From NCBI GenBank assembly GCA_017472965.1, contig JAFUNR010000050.1:22112-86111 (forward strand): a DNA stretch of 64,000 nt, in the 5' to 3' direction. Positions 36,194-45,287 of the stretch are shown in pieces. The position numbers and the translations under genes are program-made. This stretch comes from Oscillospiraceae bacterium. Its GTDB lineage: Bacteria; Bacillota; Clostridia; Oscillospirales; Ruminococcaceae. Positions within the stretch are counted from its first letter, which is position 1, and the number at the start of each line of letters is the position of its first letter. Under the pieces are notes generated by a model. That model was not told where the DNA came from, made no database searches, and was given only the letters and a program-made list of their open reading frames with translations.

Positions 36194-37603
36194 ATGAATA
36201 TGAGCTTTTCTGTGTTTCTGGAATCCCGCCGCGCCGCCGCAAAGGCGCTGGTGGCAGAGCTTAAAAAGAATTTTGCCTATACCAGTGTGCTGGGCGCGGA
36301 TATCCGCGCCCGTTCTGTGCGGGCGGATAAGAATACCTCGGCCATCAGCCCGGGCCGGGATACCGAGTGCGGCTTTGTGATCAAGCTGAGCAACGGCGGT
36401 GCGTTTTTTGAATATTCGCTGGATGATATCGCCGGCGATGCATCGGTGCTGGCCGCCGGCATCACCGATGCGTTCCGGCTGAATGAAGAGCTGCTGGCGG
36501 ATGCCGTCACCGGCGCGCTGCCTGCGGATGAACCGCTGGTGCGCTCCTTTGTGCGGGAAAACGACATTGGGGAATTCTCCGAACAGGCGCTGCTGGATTT
36601 CTGTACGCAGCAAAAAGATGCGCTGCTGGCCAAAAGCGAAAATGTGCGCAACGCGGTGGTGATCCTCGGTTCCATCGAGGTGAGCAAGCTGTTTGTCTCC
36701 GTCAACCGGGAGCTGGATCAGAACTATGCATGGATCAACGGTACGATGTGGGTGGTGTACCAGTCCGGTGAGCGTGTGGTGCAGTCCTTTGACGGCGCAA
36801 GCTCTCACCGGATCGCCGATGTGCTGGCGCAGCTGCCCGCCCTGCAGGATAAGCTGCTGAAAAAAGCGCAGATGCTTGCTGCGGCAAAGCCTGTCACCCC
36901 CGGCGTGTACGATGTGATCACCGATCCCTCTATCAGCGGTCTGATCGCCCACGAGGCTTTCGGCCACGGCGTGGAGCTGGATCAGTTCGTCAAGGATCGC
37001 GCCCTTGCAAAACAGTATATGGGAAAATATGTGGCCTCGCCCATCGTCAATATGCGGGACGGCGCGGCCAGCACCCTCAGCGCCGCCTCCTATTTCTTTG
37101 ATGACGACGGCGTACCTGCGGGGGATACTCAGATCATAAAGGACGGCATCCTCGTGGCCGGCATTTCGGATCTTGCCTCCGCTGCGCAGCTGGGGCTTGC
37201 CCCCACCGGCAACGGCCGCCGCGAATCCACCCGTCGCAAGGCTTATTCCCGCATGACCAACACTTTTTTTGAAAAGGGTACGGATAAGCTGGAGGATATG
37301 ATCGCCTCCATCAAGCACGGCTATATGCTGTTCGAGACCAACAACGGCATGGAGGATCCCAAAAACTGGGCAATTCAGTGCGTGGCCGAATACGGCATCG
37401 AGATCGTGGACGGCAAGCTGACGGAAAATGTGGTCTCGCCGGTGGTGATGAGCGGCTATGTGCCGGATCTGCTGAATTCCATCACCATGATCTCGGACGA
37501 GGTGAAGATCACCGGCGCAGGCAGCTGCGGCAAGGGCTATAAGGAATGGGTGCGTGTCAGCGATGGCGGTCCCGCACTGAAAGTGAAGGTGAAGCTGGGA
37601 TGA
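36194..37603 (+). CDS. tldD: TldD-family metalloprotease
   Basis: HExxxH motif in IAHEAFGHGVELD. GNGRRES and C-terminal GxC blocks typical of TldD. Confidence 0.85.
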   Translation: MNMSFSVFLESRRAAAKALVAELKKNFAYTSVLGADIRARSVRADKNTSAISPGRDTECGFVIKLSNGGAFFEYSLDDIAGDASVLAAGITDAFRLNEELLADAVTGALPADEPLVRSFVRENDIGEFSEQALLDFCTQQKDALLAKSENVRNAVVILGSIEVSKLFVSVNRELDQNYAWINGTMWVVYQSGERVVQSFDGASSHRIADVLAQLPALQDKLLKKAQMLAAAKPVTPGVYDVITDPSISGLIAHEAFGHGVELDQFVKDRALAKQYMGKYVASPIVNMRDGAASTLSAASYFFDDDGVPAGDTQIIKDGILVAGISDLASAAQLGLAPTGNGRRESTRRKAYSRMTNTFFEKGTDKLEDMIASIKHGYMLFETNNGMEDPKNWAIQCVAEYGIEIVDGKLTENVVSPVVMSGYVPDLLNSITMISDEVKITGAGSCGKGYKEWVRVSDGGPALKVKVKLG

Positions 37604-38880
37604 AAAACCTGATCAAAGCGCTGCAGGCACATCCGCAGGCAGAGGAATATAAGATCAATATCCATAAAAAGGAAAGCTGCGAGCTTTTCTATGTGATGGG
37701 AAAGCTGGAGACGGTGCGCCGCACCGATACCTGCGATACCGAGGTGACGGTGTATGTGAGCCACGGTGCGTACAAGGGCGATGCGAAATTTTTCGTGTAT
37801 CCCTCCACTACGCCGCAGCAGCTGGCACAGGCCATTGACGAAGCTGTTGCCCGGGCGCTGCTTATCAACAACGAAAGCTATGAGCTGCCCGCCGGGGACG
37901 GCACGGCAGAGGAATACGCGGTGGAAAGCAATTTCGGCACATACGAGCCGGCGCAGCTGGCCGGTGCGGCGGCACGGGCTGTTTTTTCGGCCGAAGCGCC
38001 GGAGGGCACCTCTCTCAATGCGGTGGAGATCTTCATCAACCGGCACACCGAAACGGTGCTCAACAGCCGCGGCCTGCACAGAACGCAGGTGCGCTACGAT
38101 GCCATGGTGGAAGCGATCCCCACCTGCAGCGGCGAGGCGCAGAGCGTGGAGCTTTATGAGCAGCTGCGCTTCAGCAGCTTTGATGCCGCGCAGCTGAGCA
38201 GCCGCATCGCCGCCAAAATGACTGAGGTAAAAGCCCGGTATTCCGCCGCGGCTCCCACCGCGCCACTGACCGGCAGTGTGGTGCTGGGCGCACAGGAGCT
38301 CAGCGAGCTTTTCTGGTGCATTGCGGATGATGCCGGTTATGCTGCGGCCTACGGGCAGACCGGCGTATTCAAAAAAGGCGATGCAGTGCAAAAAGAACCC
38401 GTCGGCGATATCCTTGGCATCACCATGGCGGGCGCGGTGTCCGGCAGCCCCCGCAGCGCGGCATTTGATGCGGACGGCCTGCTGCTGGGCAGCATCCGGC
38501 TGGTGGAGGGCGGCAGACTGGTCAATTACTACGGCTCCAACCGGTACGGCCAGTATCTGGGCGAAGTCCCCACCGGTGTGCTGGAGTGCATCTGCGTGGA
38601 TGCGGGTACTGCGGATGCCGCAGATCCGGTACAGGGCCCCTGGCTGGAGGTGCTCTCCATGTCCGGTCTGCAGGTGGATTTCTATACCGATTACATCGGC
38701 GGCGAGGTGCGTCTTGCCCTGTGGCACGATGGGGGGAATGTTACACCCGTCACCGGCATCTCCATCGCCGGCAGCCTTGCCGAAGTGCTTTCCGGCATCC
38801 GTCTTTCCGCACAGACCACAGTACAGGGCGGTTACTGCGGCCCCGAAAAAGCCGTGCTTGACGGCATGAAGATCTTCTGA
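37600..38880 (+). CDS. pmbA: PmbA/TldE-family protein (partner of TldD). Start at MKNLIKALQ.
   Basis: Same-fold paralogue lacking HExxxH. ATGA overlap with the tldD stop. Confidence 0.75.
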   Translation: MKNLIKALQAHPQAEEYKINIHKKESCELFYVMGKLETVRRTDTCDTEVTVYVSHGAYKGDAKFFVYPSTTPQQLAQAIDEAVARALLINNESYELPAGDGTAEEYAVESNFGTYEPAQLAGAAARAVFSAEAPEGTSLNAVEIFINRHTETVLNSRGLHRTQVRYDAMVEAIPTCSGEAQSVELYEQLRFSSFDAAQLSSRIAAKMTEVKARYSAAAPTAPLTGSVVLGAQELSELFWCIADDAGYAAAYGQTGVFKKGDAVQKEPVGDILGITMAGAVSGSPRSAAFDADGLLLGSIRLVEGGRLVNYYGSNRYGQYLGEVPTGVLECICVDAGTADAADPVQGPWLEVLSMSGLQVDFYTDYIGGEVRLALWHDGGNVTPVTGISIAGSLAEVLSGIRLSAQTTVQGGYCGPEKAVLDGMKIF

Positions 38881-39069
38881 ATGCGGTTTCTTATCAAAAA
38901 GACGATTTGCACAAAAAGAAAAGCAGCTTTTGTGCACAGCTCCAAAAATGGTAAAACAGCAAAATCGTCATATAAAAAAGCTTGTTTGACATAGAAAGAA
39001 CCTGCGGCGGAAATTTATAATGAAGGTGAAAATTCCGCTGTTGTACGGCGATGAAAACAGGAGGTACAT

Positions 39070-40110
39070 ATGAAAGATATCACCCGCGAGGAGCTTTGCG
39101 CCGTCATCGAGGGCCGCGCAGAGGGTATGGATATCCCCATTCCTCTCATGTATGATATCTGGACATCCCCCACAGTGTTCGGTGAAAGAGAGGAAGAGAT
39201 GCGGGAGTTTCTGCAGCAGATGCCCCGCGCCGTGGAATTTGTGCACGCCATGATGCCCGACAGCCGACCGGACGAGCCGGAGTACACCTGGGGCAAGCGT
39301 ATCGATACCGGCGAAAAGGGCATTGATTCCGCTGTTATCATCGAGGACTGGGAGGATGAGGAGGCCGTGGAGAGATTCTACGCCAACTTCCCCGATCCGG
39401 AATATCCCCGCCTGATCCCCGAGGATTTCTCGCCGAAGCCCGGCAAATATGTGCTGGGCAACTGGTGGTATACTCTGTTTGAGCGCCACTGGTCGCTGCG
39501 CGGCATGGAAAACGCACTGACGGATTACTACCTGTATCCCGAGCAGGTGCACCGGCTGTTCGCCCGTCTGGTGGAGTACTACAGCCGCCTGTTCGAGCGT
39601 CTGCATGAGGAGGCCGGCTGTGACGGCATCTTCATCTCGGACGATATCGGTACCCAGACCGGCCCCTTCTTTTCTGTTGAGGTGTTCCGCGAATTCTTCA
39701 AGCCCTACTACAAGCAGCTGATCGATAAGGCCCATTCGCTGGGTATGCATTACTGGCTGCACTCCTGCGGCGATATCGAGGCATTCCTCGAGGATTTCAT
39801 CGAGATCGGGCTGGATGTCGTCCACCCCATCCAGCGGCACACCGCCATGGATGCAAAGCCCATCGCAGAGACCTACGGCAGCCGCATCTGCATCTTTGCC
39901 GGCTTTGATGTGCAGCAGACCATCCCCTTCGGTACGCCGGAGGAGGTCCGCGCCGAGGTGCGCTATCTGATGGATACCTATGCCCGTCCGGAGGGCCGCT
40001 TTATGCTCACCATGGGCAACGGCTCCACGCCGGATTGGAAGCCGGAGGCCATCAAGGCGCTGTATGACGAAAGCATGCACTATGTTCCCGCGCAGCTGCG
40101 CAAAAAATAA
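39070..40110 (+). CDS. Uroporphyrinogen decarboxylase (URO-D) family protein
   Basis: FISDDIGTQTGPFFS...FKPYYKQLID...WLHSCGDI...GLDVVHPIQ matches URO-D/MtaA-like TIM-barrel blocks. CAGGAGG RBS. Confidence 0.75.
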   Translation: MKDITREELCAVIEGRAEGMDIPIPLMYDIWTSPTVFGEREEEMREFLQQMPRAVEFVHAMMPDSRPDEPEYTWGKRIDTGEKGIDSAVIIEDWEDEEAVERFYANFPDPEYPRLIPEDFSPKPGKYVLGNWWYTLFERHWSLRGMENALTDYYLYPEQVHRLFARLVEYYSRLFERLHEEAGCDGIFISDDIGTQTGPFFSVEVFREFFKPYYKQLIDKAHSLGMHYWLHSCGDIEAFLEDFIEIGLDVVHPIQRHTAMDAKPIAETYGSRICIFAGFDVQQTIPFGTPEEVRAEVRYLMDTYARPEGRFMLTMGNGSTPDWKPEAIKALYDESMHYVPAQLRKK

Positions 40111-40122
40111 GGAGGTATGACC

Positions 40123-41412
40123 ATGGCGGAAAAACTGACGGTCAGATGCAAAAAGAACCCCATCATTCCCCGCATGGGCGTGTGCGATCCGCATATGCAT
40201 GTGTTTGACGGCCGCGTGTGGCTGCATGCTACCCACGATGCCGAGGCCGGCAGCCCCCGTTTCTGTATGCGTGACTGGCAGATCTGGTCCAGTGCCGACT
40301 GTGTGGAGTGGCAGCTGGAGGGTGTGGTGCGTCCCGAGGATATGTACATCGGCCCCAGCGAGCAGTGCTGGGCGGTGGATTGCGCCGAGCGCGGCGGCAG
40401 GTATTACTATTATTTTTCCGACGGCAACCAGTTCACCGGTGTGGCCGTGGCGGATTCGCCCGCCGGTCCCTTTAAGGATGCGCTGGGCAAGCCGCTGCTG
40501 GATGGCAGCCTGACCCCCACCACCGAGTACGACCCTGCCCTTTTTAAGGATGACGACGGCGAATACTATATCGTGTTCGGCGGGCCGGGCTGGTGCTACG
40601 GCGAGGGTGCAGGCTACTACATCGCCCGCCTGAATGAGGATATGATCTCTCTGGCCGAGCAGCCCCGCCGCATCGAGCTGAATCATGAGGCGGACGACAA
40701 GGCCTCGCTGAATAAATTCAACGGCCGCTACTACCTGACCTACGGCGGCTTTTACTCCGTGGCCGATAATGTCTACGGCCCTTATACCTTTGTGGGCCAC
40801 ACCGGCGCCAGCGGCGATCACACCAGCTATTTCGAGTGGAACGGTCAGATCTTCAATGCCATCACCGTCACCGACAGCTATGGCCACTACCGTTCCAGCG
40901 GGATGTGCTATGTGCATATCCGCGAAAACGGCGAGCTGGTCACCGATCCGCTGATCGTGGAATACGGCGTGGGCCAGTACGATTCCGACTGGAATAAAAT
41001 CGAAGCCGAATGGTATATGCGGGGCAAAAATGTGACCAAAAAAGAAAACGCCGATGTGCCCGGCTTCTCGGTCTCCTGTACGCAGCAGGCCAGTGTGATC
41101 TATCCCAATGTGCGCAATCTTTCCGATAAGATCGGCTTTGCCTTCTCCGGCGCCTGCACCGGCAACGGCGGTCTTGGCGGCGGCGAGGTGGAGCTTCGCC
41201 TGAAGGATGAGACCGGTCCGCTGCTGGGGGTCATGAAGTTCGGCTCCAGCGGGCCGCGGTTCAACTGGCGCGCCGGTGTGGGCGGTACGGTGTTCTTTGA
41301 ACAGCCGCTGCCCGATGTGTGCGACATCTGTCTGGTGCTCAAGCCCGGCAGAACCAGTGAGCTTCGTATCGATTCCTTCCGCTTCTTTGCCGAAGCGCTG
41401 GATAATCCCTGA
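40123..41412 (+). CDS. Glycoside hydrolase family 43. ATG at 40123 preferred over 40117 on RBS spacing.
   Basis: NPIIPRMGVCDPHMHVF, WAVDCAE, DPALFKDDDGEYYIVFG and YYIARLNEDM five-bladed propeller blocks, plus a C-terminal beta-sandwich. Confidence 0.85.
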   Translation: MAEKLTVRCKKNPIIPRMGVCDPHMHVFDGRVWLHATHDAEAGSPRFCMRDWQIWSSADCVEWQLEGVVRPEDMYIGPSEQCWAVDCAERGGRYYYYFSDGNQFTGVAVADSPAGPFKDALGKPLLDGSLTPTTEYDPALFKDDDGEYYIVFGGPGWCYGEGAGYYIARLNEDMISLAEQPRRIELNHEADDKASLNKFNGRYYLTYGGFYSVADNVYGPYTFVGHTGASGDHTSYFEWNGQIFNAITVTDSYGHYRSSGMCYVHIRENGELVTDPLIVEYGVGQYDSDWNKIEAEWYMRGKNVTKKENADVPGFSVSCTQQASVIYPNVRNLSDKIGFAFSGACTGNGGLGGGEVELRLKDETGPLLGVMKFGSSGPRFNWRAGVGGTVFFEQPLPDVCDICLVLKPGRTSELRIDSFRFFAEALDNP

Positions 41413-41471
41413 AACTGTATGCCGGGGCGCGGATAAGGCTCCGGTGCAACAATCAAACAGGAGGAAAAATC

Positions 41472-42725
41472 ATGCGTATTATCCCCAAGCAGGGTGTCTG
41501 CGATCCGCACGTCCATATTTTCAACGGCAAGGCCTATCTCTACACCAGTCACGACCGCGGCCCCGGTATGCCCATCTACCGCATGGATGACTGGCAGGTT
41601 TTTTCCAGTGACGATCTGCTGAACTGGAAGCTGGAATTCGTGCTGCGCCCGGAGGATACCTTCCTCGGCAAATGCGAGGAATGCTACGCCACCGATGCCG
41701 CCGAGCGCAACGGTAAGTATTATATGTATTTCTCCCACCAGCAGTACTGCACCGGCGTGGCTGTCAGCGAAAACGGCCCCGGCGGCCCTTACAAGGATGC
41801 GCTGGGCAAGCCGCTGCTGCCCAAGGGGCTGGTGGATACCGCCTGCTACGATCCCACCGTGTTTGTGGACGATGATGAAGCGAAAACGCCCTATATCATC
41901 TTTGGTTATACTGTATTCGGCAAAAAATATTACATCGCCCGCCTGAACGAGGATATGATCTCGCTGGCGGAAGCGCCCCGCGCCATCGAATTCACGGACG
42001 GCAAGGGCTGGCAGAACGACGCCACCTGGGTCACCAAGCGCAACGGCGTCTATTATCTGAATGCCCACGGCTCGGAATATGCCACCGCGGATAATATCTA
42101 CGGCCCGTACACCTACCGCGGCAATTTCTGTCACGATGCCTATGTGGATCACGGTACCTTCTTCAACTACCACAACCAGACCTATTTCACCTACGGCGTA
42201 CCGGAAAACTGGGGCGCGGAAAAAGTGGATCCCTTCTACCGCACCACCAAGATGATCTATGCCCATTATAAGGATAACGGCGATATCGTCATCGATGAGT
42301 TCATTCAGGATGCGGGCGTGGGTCAGTACGATGCCTCGTGGGATGCCATCAAAGGCGAGTGGTACTTTGCCGCCTCCGACGGCATTTACAAAAAGGAAAA
42401 TGCCGACGGCTTTGAGATGCGCGGCATCGGAAACGGTTCGTACCTGTATTACCAGAATGTCAACGGCATGCGCCAGAACGCCCTGATCAAATTCCTTGTG
42501 GCCGCCGAAAAGCCGGCCAAGATCGAGATCCGTGAGGGCAGCCCCTTCGGTGCGGTGCTGGGCGTGTGCAAGGTGCAGCCCACCGGCGGTCTGGAAAGCT
42601 TTGCCGAGGTCTCCTGCCGTCTGGAAAATACCCACGGCACCCACAGCCTGTGCTTTGTGTTCCGCGGTGAGGCGGACGAGGTGCTGCGCTTTGAGCATTT
42701 CGGCTTCGAGCACATCGTTACGTAA
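41472..42725 (+). CDS. Glycoside hydrolase family 43 (tandem paralogue)
   Basis: GVCDPHVHIFNGKAY, YATDAAE, DPTVFVDDD and YYIARLNEDMISLAE. The last block is identical at protein level to the upstream paralogue. Confidence 0.85.
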   Translation: MRIIPKQGVCDPHVHIFNGKAYLYTSHDRGPGMPIYRMDDWQVFSSDDLLNWKLEFVLRPEDTFLGKCEECYATDAAERNGKYYMYFSHQQYCTGVAVSENGPGGPYKDALGKPLLPKGLVDTACYDPTVFVDDDEAKTPYIIFGYTVFGKKYYIARLNEDMISLAEAPRAIEFTDGKGWQNDATWVTKRNGVYYLNAHGSEYATADNIYGPYTYRGNFCHDAYVDHGTFFNYHNQTYFTYGVPENWGAEKVDPFYRTTKMIYAHYKDNGDIVIDEFIQDAGVGQYDASWDAIKGEWYFAASDGIYKKENADGFEMRGIGNGSYLYYQNVNGMRQNALIKFLVAAEKPAKIEIREGSPFGAVLGVCKVQPTGGLESFAEVSCRLENTHGTHSLCFVFRGEADEVLRFEHFGFEHIVT

Positions 42726-42776
42726 AGACCGGCCGCAGCAGCAGAACCGTTTTAAAGCAGAGAAAAGGAGTTTTAT

Positions 42777-44057
42777 ATGCTGAAAACAGAGCTCTTTTGC
42801 AAGGCACAGGATTTCAACAACGGCTCCGGCCCTGCGTGGAGTCACGGCAACTCTCCGATCGTGCGCCATGGTGATCGGGTATTCTGCACCAATTCCCGTG
42901 TGATCCCCGGACGGGAACCGTTCAACCACACCTCGATGGAGCTGTACGAAAAGCGCGGCGACGGTCCGTGGGAGCGGGTGTTCTGTGACGGTGGCGTGTT
43001 CCAGCGGGAGCCCTGCCCCGTGGTGCTGGCGGGGGATAAGCTGCTGGTCACCGTCAATCCCACCGCCCGCGCCTATGCGCCGGACGAGCCCTCCCGCGTG
43101 GTGCCCTGTACGCCGATGCTGTATGTGTTCGATGTGTCCGGTGAGGTGCGGCTGGAAAAGCGCCTGCCCATGCCGTGGGATACAAATACATACAATTTTC
43201 TCGATCATTCCTACCGCGGCGGCGCAGTGGATGCCGTTACCGGCGATGTGTTTTTTGACAACCTGCACTACCCGCCCGAAAGCGAGGGCGAGCATATCTA
43301 TGCCCTGCTGGATAAGGAGCTGAACACCCTGTATACGCGGGATCTGGTTTTTCCCGAGCGAGTCTGCTACCACACCGCCGCTGTGCGCGGCGGCGAGGCC
43401 TATGTTTTCGGCGTACAGGATATCGTGGAGCCGAACCGGGTCTGGCTGGATTACAAGCGGCAGGTCACCGGACAGGAGTGGGATTACGATTTCCGCAGCA
43501 TCTGGATGAAATACACACCGGATATCCGTACCCGGGATTTTGGAGCCGCCGAGCGTGTCTGCGACCGCGAGGCCACCTGCGGCTGGACGGATAATCTGGA
43601 TTGCTGCTATACCGCGGACGGCGCAATGCTGCTGGCGGTGCGGGAGCAGAATGTCCATCAGGCTTTCATGCGCGATCATTTCTTCCCGCAGGAGAAGCTG
43701 TATTCCCGCCTGAGCGTATTCCGCTTTGCCGGCGGTGTGCTGCAGGAGAAATTTGTTGTGGATGAAGCCGGCGAGGAAAACGGAACAGCGGCGGCATACG
43801 GCGCACTCTTCCATACCGCCGCTGACGGCAGTGTGTATCTGGCATGGAGCAAAGAAGGCGGCGAGAGCGGCCTTGCCGCCGGCACCTACCTGATGCCGTT
43901 TGCCACCCGCGAAAGCCGGTATCTGTGCCCGCAGACCGGCACGCTGTTCGGCAGCAAGACCCGTCTTGGCGCTGCGCCGGATGACCGTATGGATCTGCTG
44001 TGGTATACAAAGAAGGAACTCATCTACGGCAGCTTTGATCTCTCCGCTGAAAAGTGA
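42777..44057 (+). CDS. Hypothetical protein (426 aa, soluble, no motif recognised)
   Basis: AAGGAG RBS 7 nt upstream of the ATG. High-GC codon usage like its neighbours. Last gene of the URO-D/GH43 unit. Confidence 0.5.
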   Translation: MLKTELFCKAQDFNNGSGPAWSHGNSPIVRHGDRVFCTNSRVIPGREPFNHTSMELYEKRGDGPWERVFCDGGVFQREPCPVVLAGDKLLVTVNPTARAYAPDEPSRVVPCTPMLYVFDVSGEVRLEKRLPMPWDTNTYNFLDHSYRGGAVDAVTGDVFFDNLHYPPESEGEHIYALLDKELNTLYTRDLVFPERVCYHTAAVRGGEAYVFGVQDIVEPNRVWLDYKRQVTGQEWDYDFRSIWMKYTPDIRTRDFGAAERVCDREATCGWTDNLDCCYTADGAMLLAVREQNVHQAFMRDHFFPQEKLYSRLSVFRFAGGVLQEKFVVDEAGEENGTAAAYGALFHTAADGSVYLAWSKEGGESGLAAGTYLMPFATRESRYLCPQTGTLFGSKTRLGAAPDDRMDLLWYTKKELIYGSFDLSAEK

Positions 44058-44074
44058 GTATATATCCCGCGATA

Positions 44075-44110
44075 CAAAAAGCCTTCGTGCCGGCCGGCGC
44101 GAAGGCTTTT
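44075..44110. terminator. Left copy of a duplicated 36-nt palindromic bidirectional terminator (AAAAAGCCTTCGTGCCGGCCGGCGCGAAGGCTTTTT)
   Basis: 16-nt arms around GGCC with one G-T mismatch, flanked by A5 and T5. 35/36 identical to the copy at 45471-45506. Confidence 0.85.
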
Positions 44111-44132
44111 TCATTTGTTGGCATTGAAACGG

Positions 44133-44348
44133 TTACGTGGCTGAATCTTTTTTGTCGGAAAGTCCGAGTAAATAATCTGTACTCACATGATGAATATGTG
44201 CCAATGCAATCAGCACAGCGGTTGGTATATCCCGTTGTCCTAATTCATAGTTACTGTACACTTGTTGTGAACAGTGCAGCAAGGATGCCATATCCCGCTG
44301 CGTGATATCCTTATCTTCACGTAGCTCGCGTATACGACGGTATAGCAT
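44133..44348 (-). CDS. XRE-family helix-turn-helix transcriptional regulator (71 aa). Start at MLYRRIRELRE.
   Basis: IRELREDKDITQRDMASLLHCSQQVYSNYELGQRDIP is a textbook HTH_3/Cro-C1 motif. Confidence 0.85.
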   Translation of the reverse strand: MLYRRIRELREDKDITQRDMASLLHCSQQVYSNYELGQRDIPTAVLIALAHIHHVSTDYLLGLSDKKDSAT

Positions 44349-44378
44349 TAAAATCACCCGACTTAGTTTAACACACAA

Positions 44379-44419
44379 CAATTTGCAGTATTGACAAATA
44401 CCGCAAATTGCGGTAAGAT
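44379..44419 (+). promoter_or_regulatory. Sigma-70 promoter (TTGACA-17-TAAGAT) embedded in two overlapping palindromes (putative XRE operators)
   Basis: TTGACA at 44391-44396 and TAAGAT at 44414-44419. A 32-nt near-palindrome CAATTTGCAGTATT-GACA-AATACCGCAAATTG spans 44379-44410. A perfect 13-nt palindrome CCGCAAATTGCGG lies at 44401-44413. Confidence 0.6.
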
Positions 44420-44440
44420 GTGAATTGAGAGGTGATAATA

Positions 44441-45268
44441 ATGTCAGTTGTGAACAGTAAGGGTGAAGAGATAATTAGTCAGGTTGGAGTAAATTACTTC
44501 ATCAAAAGGTTTGGTGTACTATATCAGTGGGTCAAAAATAACGGAAGTGACAGTGAAGAAATCTGTGCAGACGAATGGAAATCCCCTTTTCTGTTTCTTT
44601 CAAATGAGATTAGCTTAACGTATCGAATCGGATGGCACGAAGGCGGGAAAATAGAAAATCTGCAACTTGTTGTATCTTCACTGGTAAAAGGGAGTATGGA
44701 GGATATTGAGGATTATTTAAGAGAAAAAGCTTTTTGCGTAGCGGCTATGAAGGATGCGAAAGCGGAAAACCCTCAATACATTGTGGACTTGTTCCGTTTC
44801 TGGGAGATATTTGACGATCTAGATTTAAAGATTGAGAGTTTGTACGGCAATCTTGCCATCTGCTATAGTACAGAAATACCTGGCTTTATGTTGCCCGGAA
44901 ATGTAAATAGGGAAATTGAAACATTGATTGACCAGCTTGTGTATTTGATCCGGCAGAAATATCCAGACTGTAAGCTGCACGTGGATAAACCGGTTTCATC
45001 GACAGGATGTTACATTGCTACAGCGGTTTACGGTTCATATGACTGTCCTGAGGTCTGGACGCTGCGTCGATTTCGGGATGAAATATTGAAAAATAGCATT
45101 TGGGGTCGTATATTTATCAGATTTTATTATATGGTAAGCCCTAAATTGGTCGAGCATTTTGGTAAAAGAGACTGGTTCCACTGTTTTTGGAGAAGAAACC
45201 TTGATAGATTTGTTGCGTATTTGAAAACTGAAGGCTTTTCTGATGCGGCATATATTGACAAAAATTGA
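44441..45268 (+). CDS. Hypothetical protein (275 aa): unknown N-terminal domain plus a C-terminal CYIATAVYGS...LRRFRD module
   Basis: GAGAGG RBS before the ATG at 44441. The ORF-track GTG at 44432 sits too close to the RBS. The C-terminal motif is described under findings. Confidence 0.6.
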   Translation: MSVVNSKGEEIISQVGVNYFIKRFGVLYQWVKNNGSDSEEICADEWKSPFLFLSNEISLTYRIGWHEGGKIENLQLVVSSLVKGSMEDIEDYLREKAFCVAAMKDAKAENPQYIVDLFRFWEIFDDLDLKIESLYGNLAICYSTEIPGFMLPGNVNREIETLIDQLVYLIRQKYPDCKLHVDKPVSSTGCYIATAVYGSYDCPEVWTLRRFRDEILKNSIWGRIFIRFYYMVSPKLVEHFGKRDWFHCFWRRNLDRFVAYLKTEGFSDAAYIDKN

Positions 45269-45287
45269 TGGTGTAAGGAGAAAAAAC

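Noticed and set aside
36068-37318. The upstream two-thirds of the 745-aa minus-strand ORF 35081-37318.
   Set aside because: Only the last 328 codons (from MRHKSESS, with TM and NodB motifs) look like a protein. The rest is antisense to tldD, which has an HExxxH motif.
38986-39021. TTGACA ... TATAAT upstream of the URO-D gene as a promoter.
   Set aside because: The spacer is 24 nt, well outside the 16-19 nt range. It may still contribute but cannot be called a canonical promoter.
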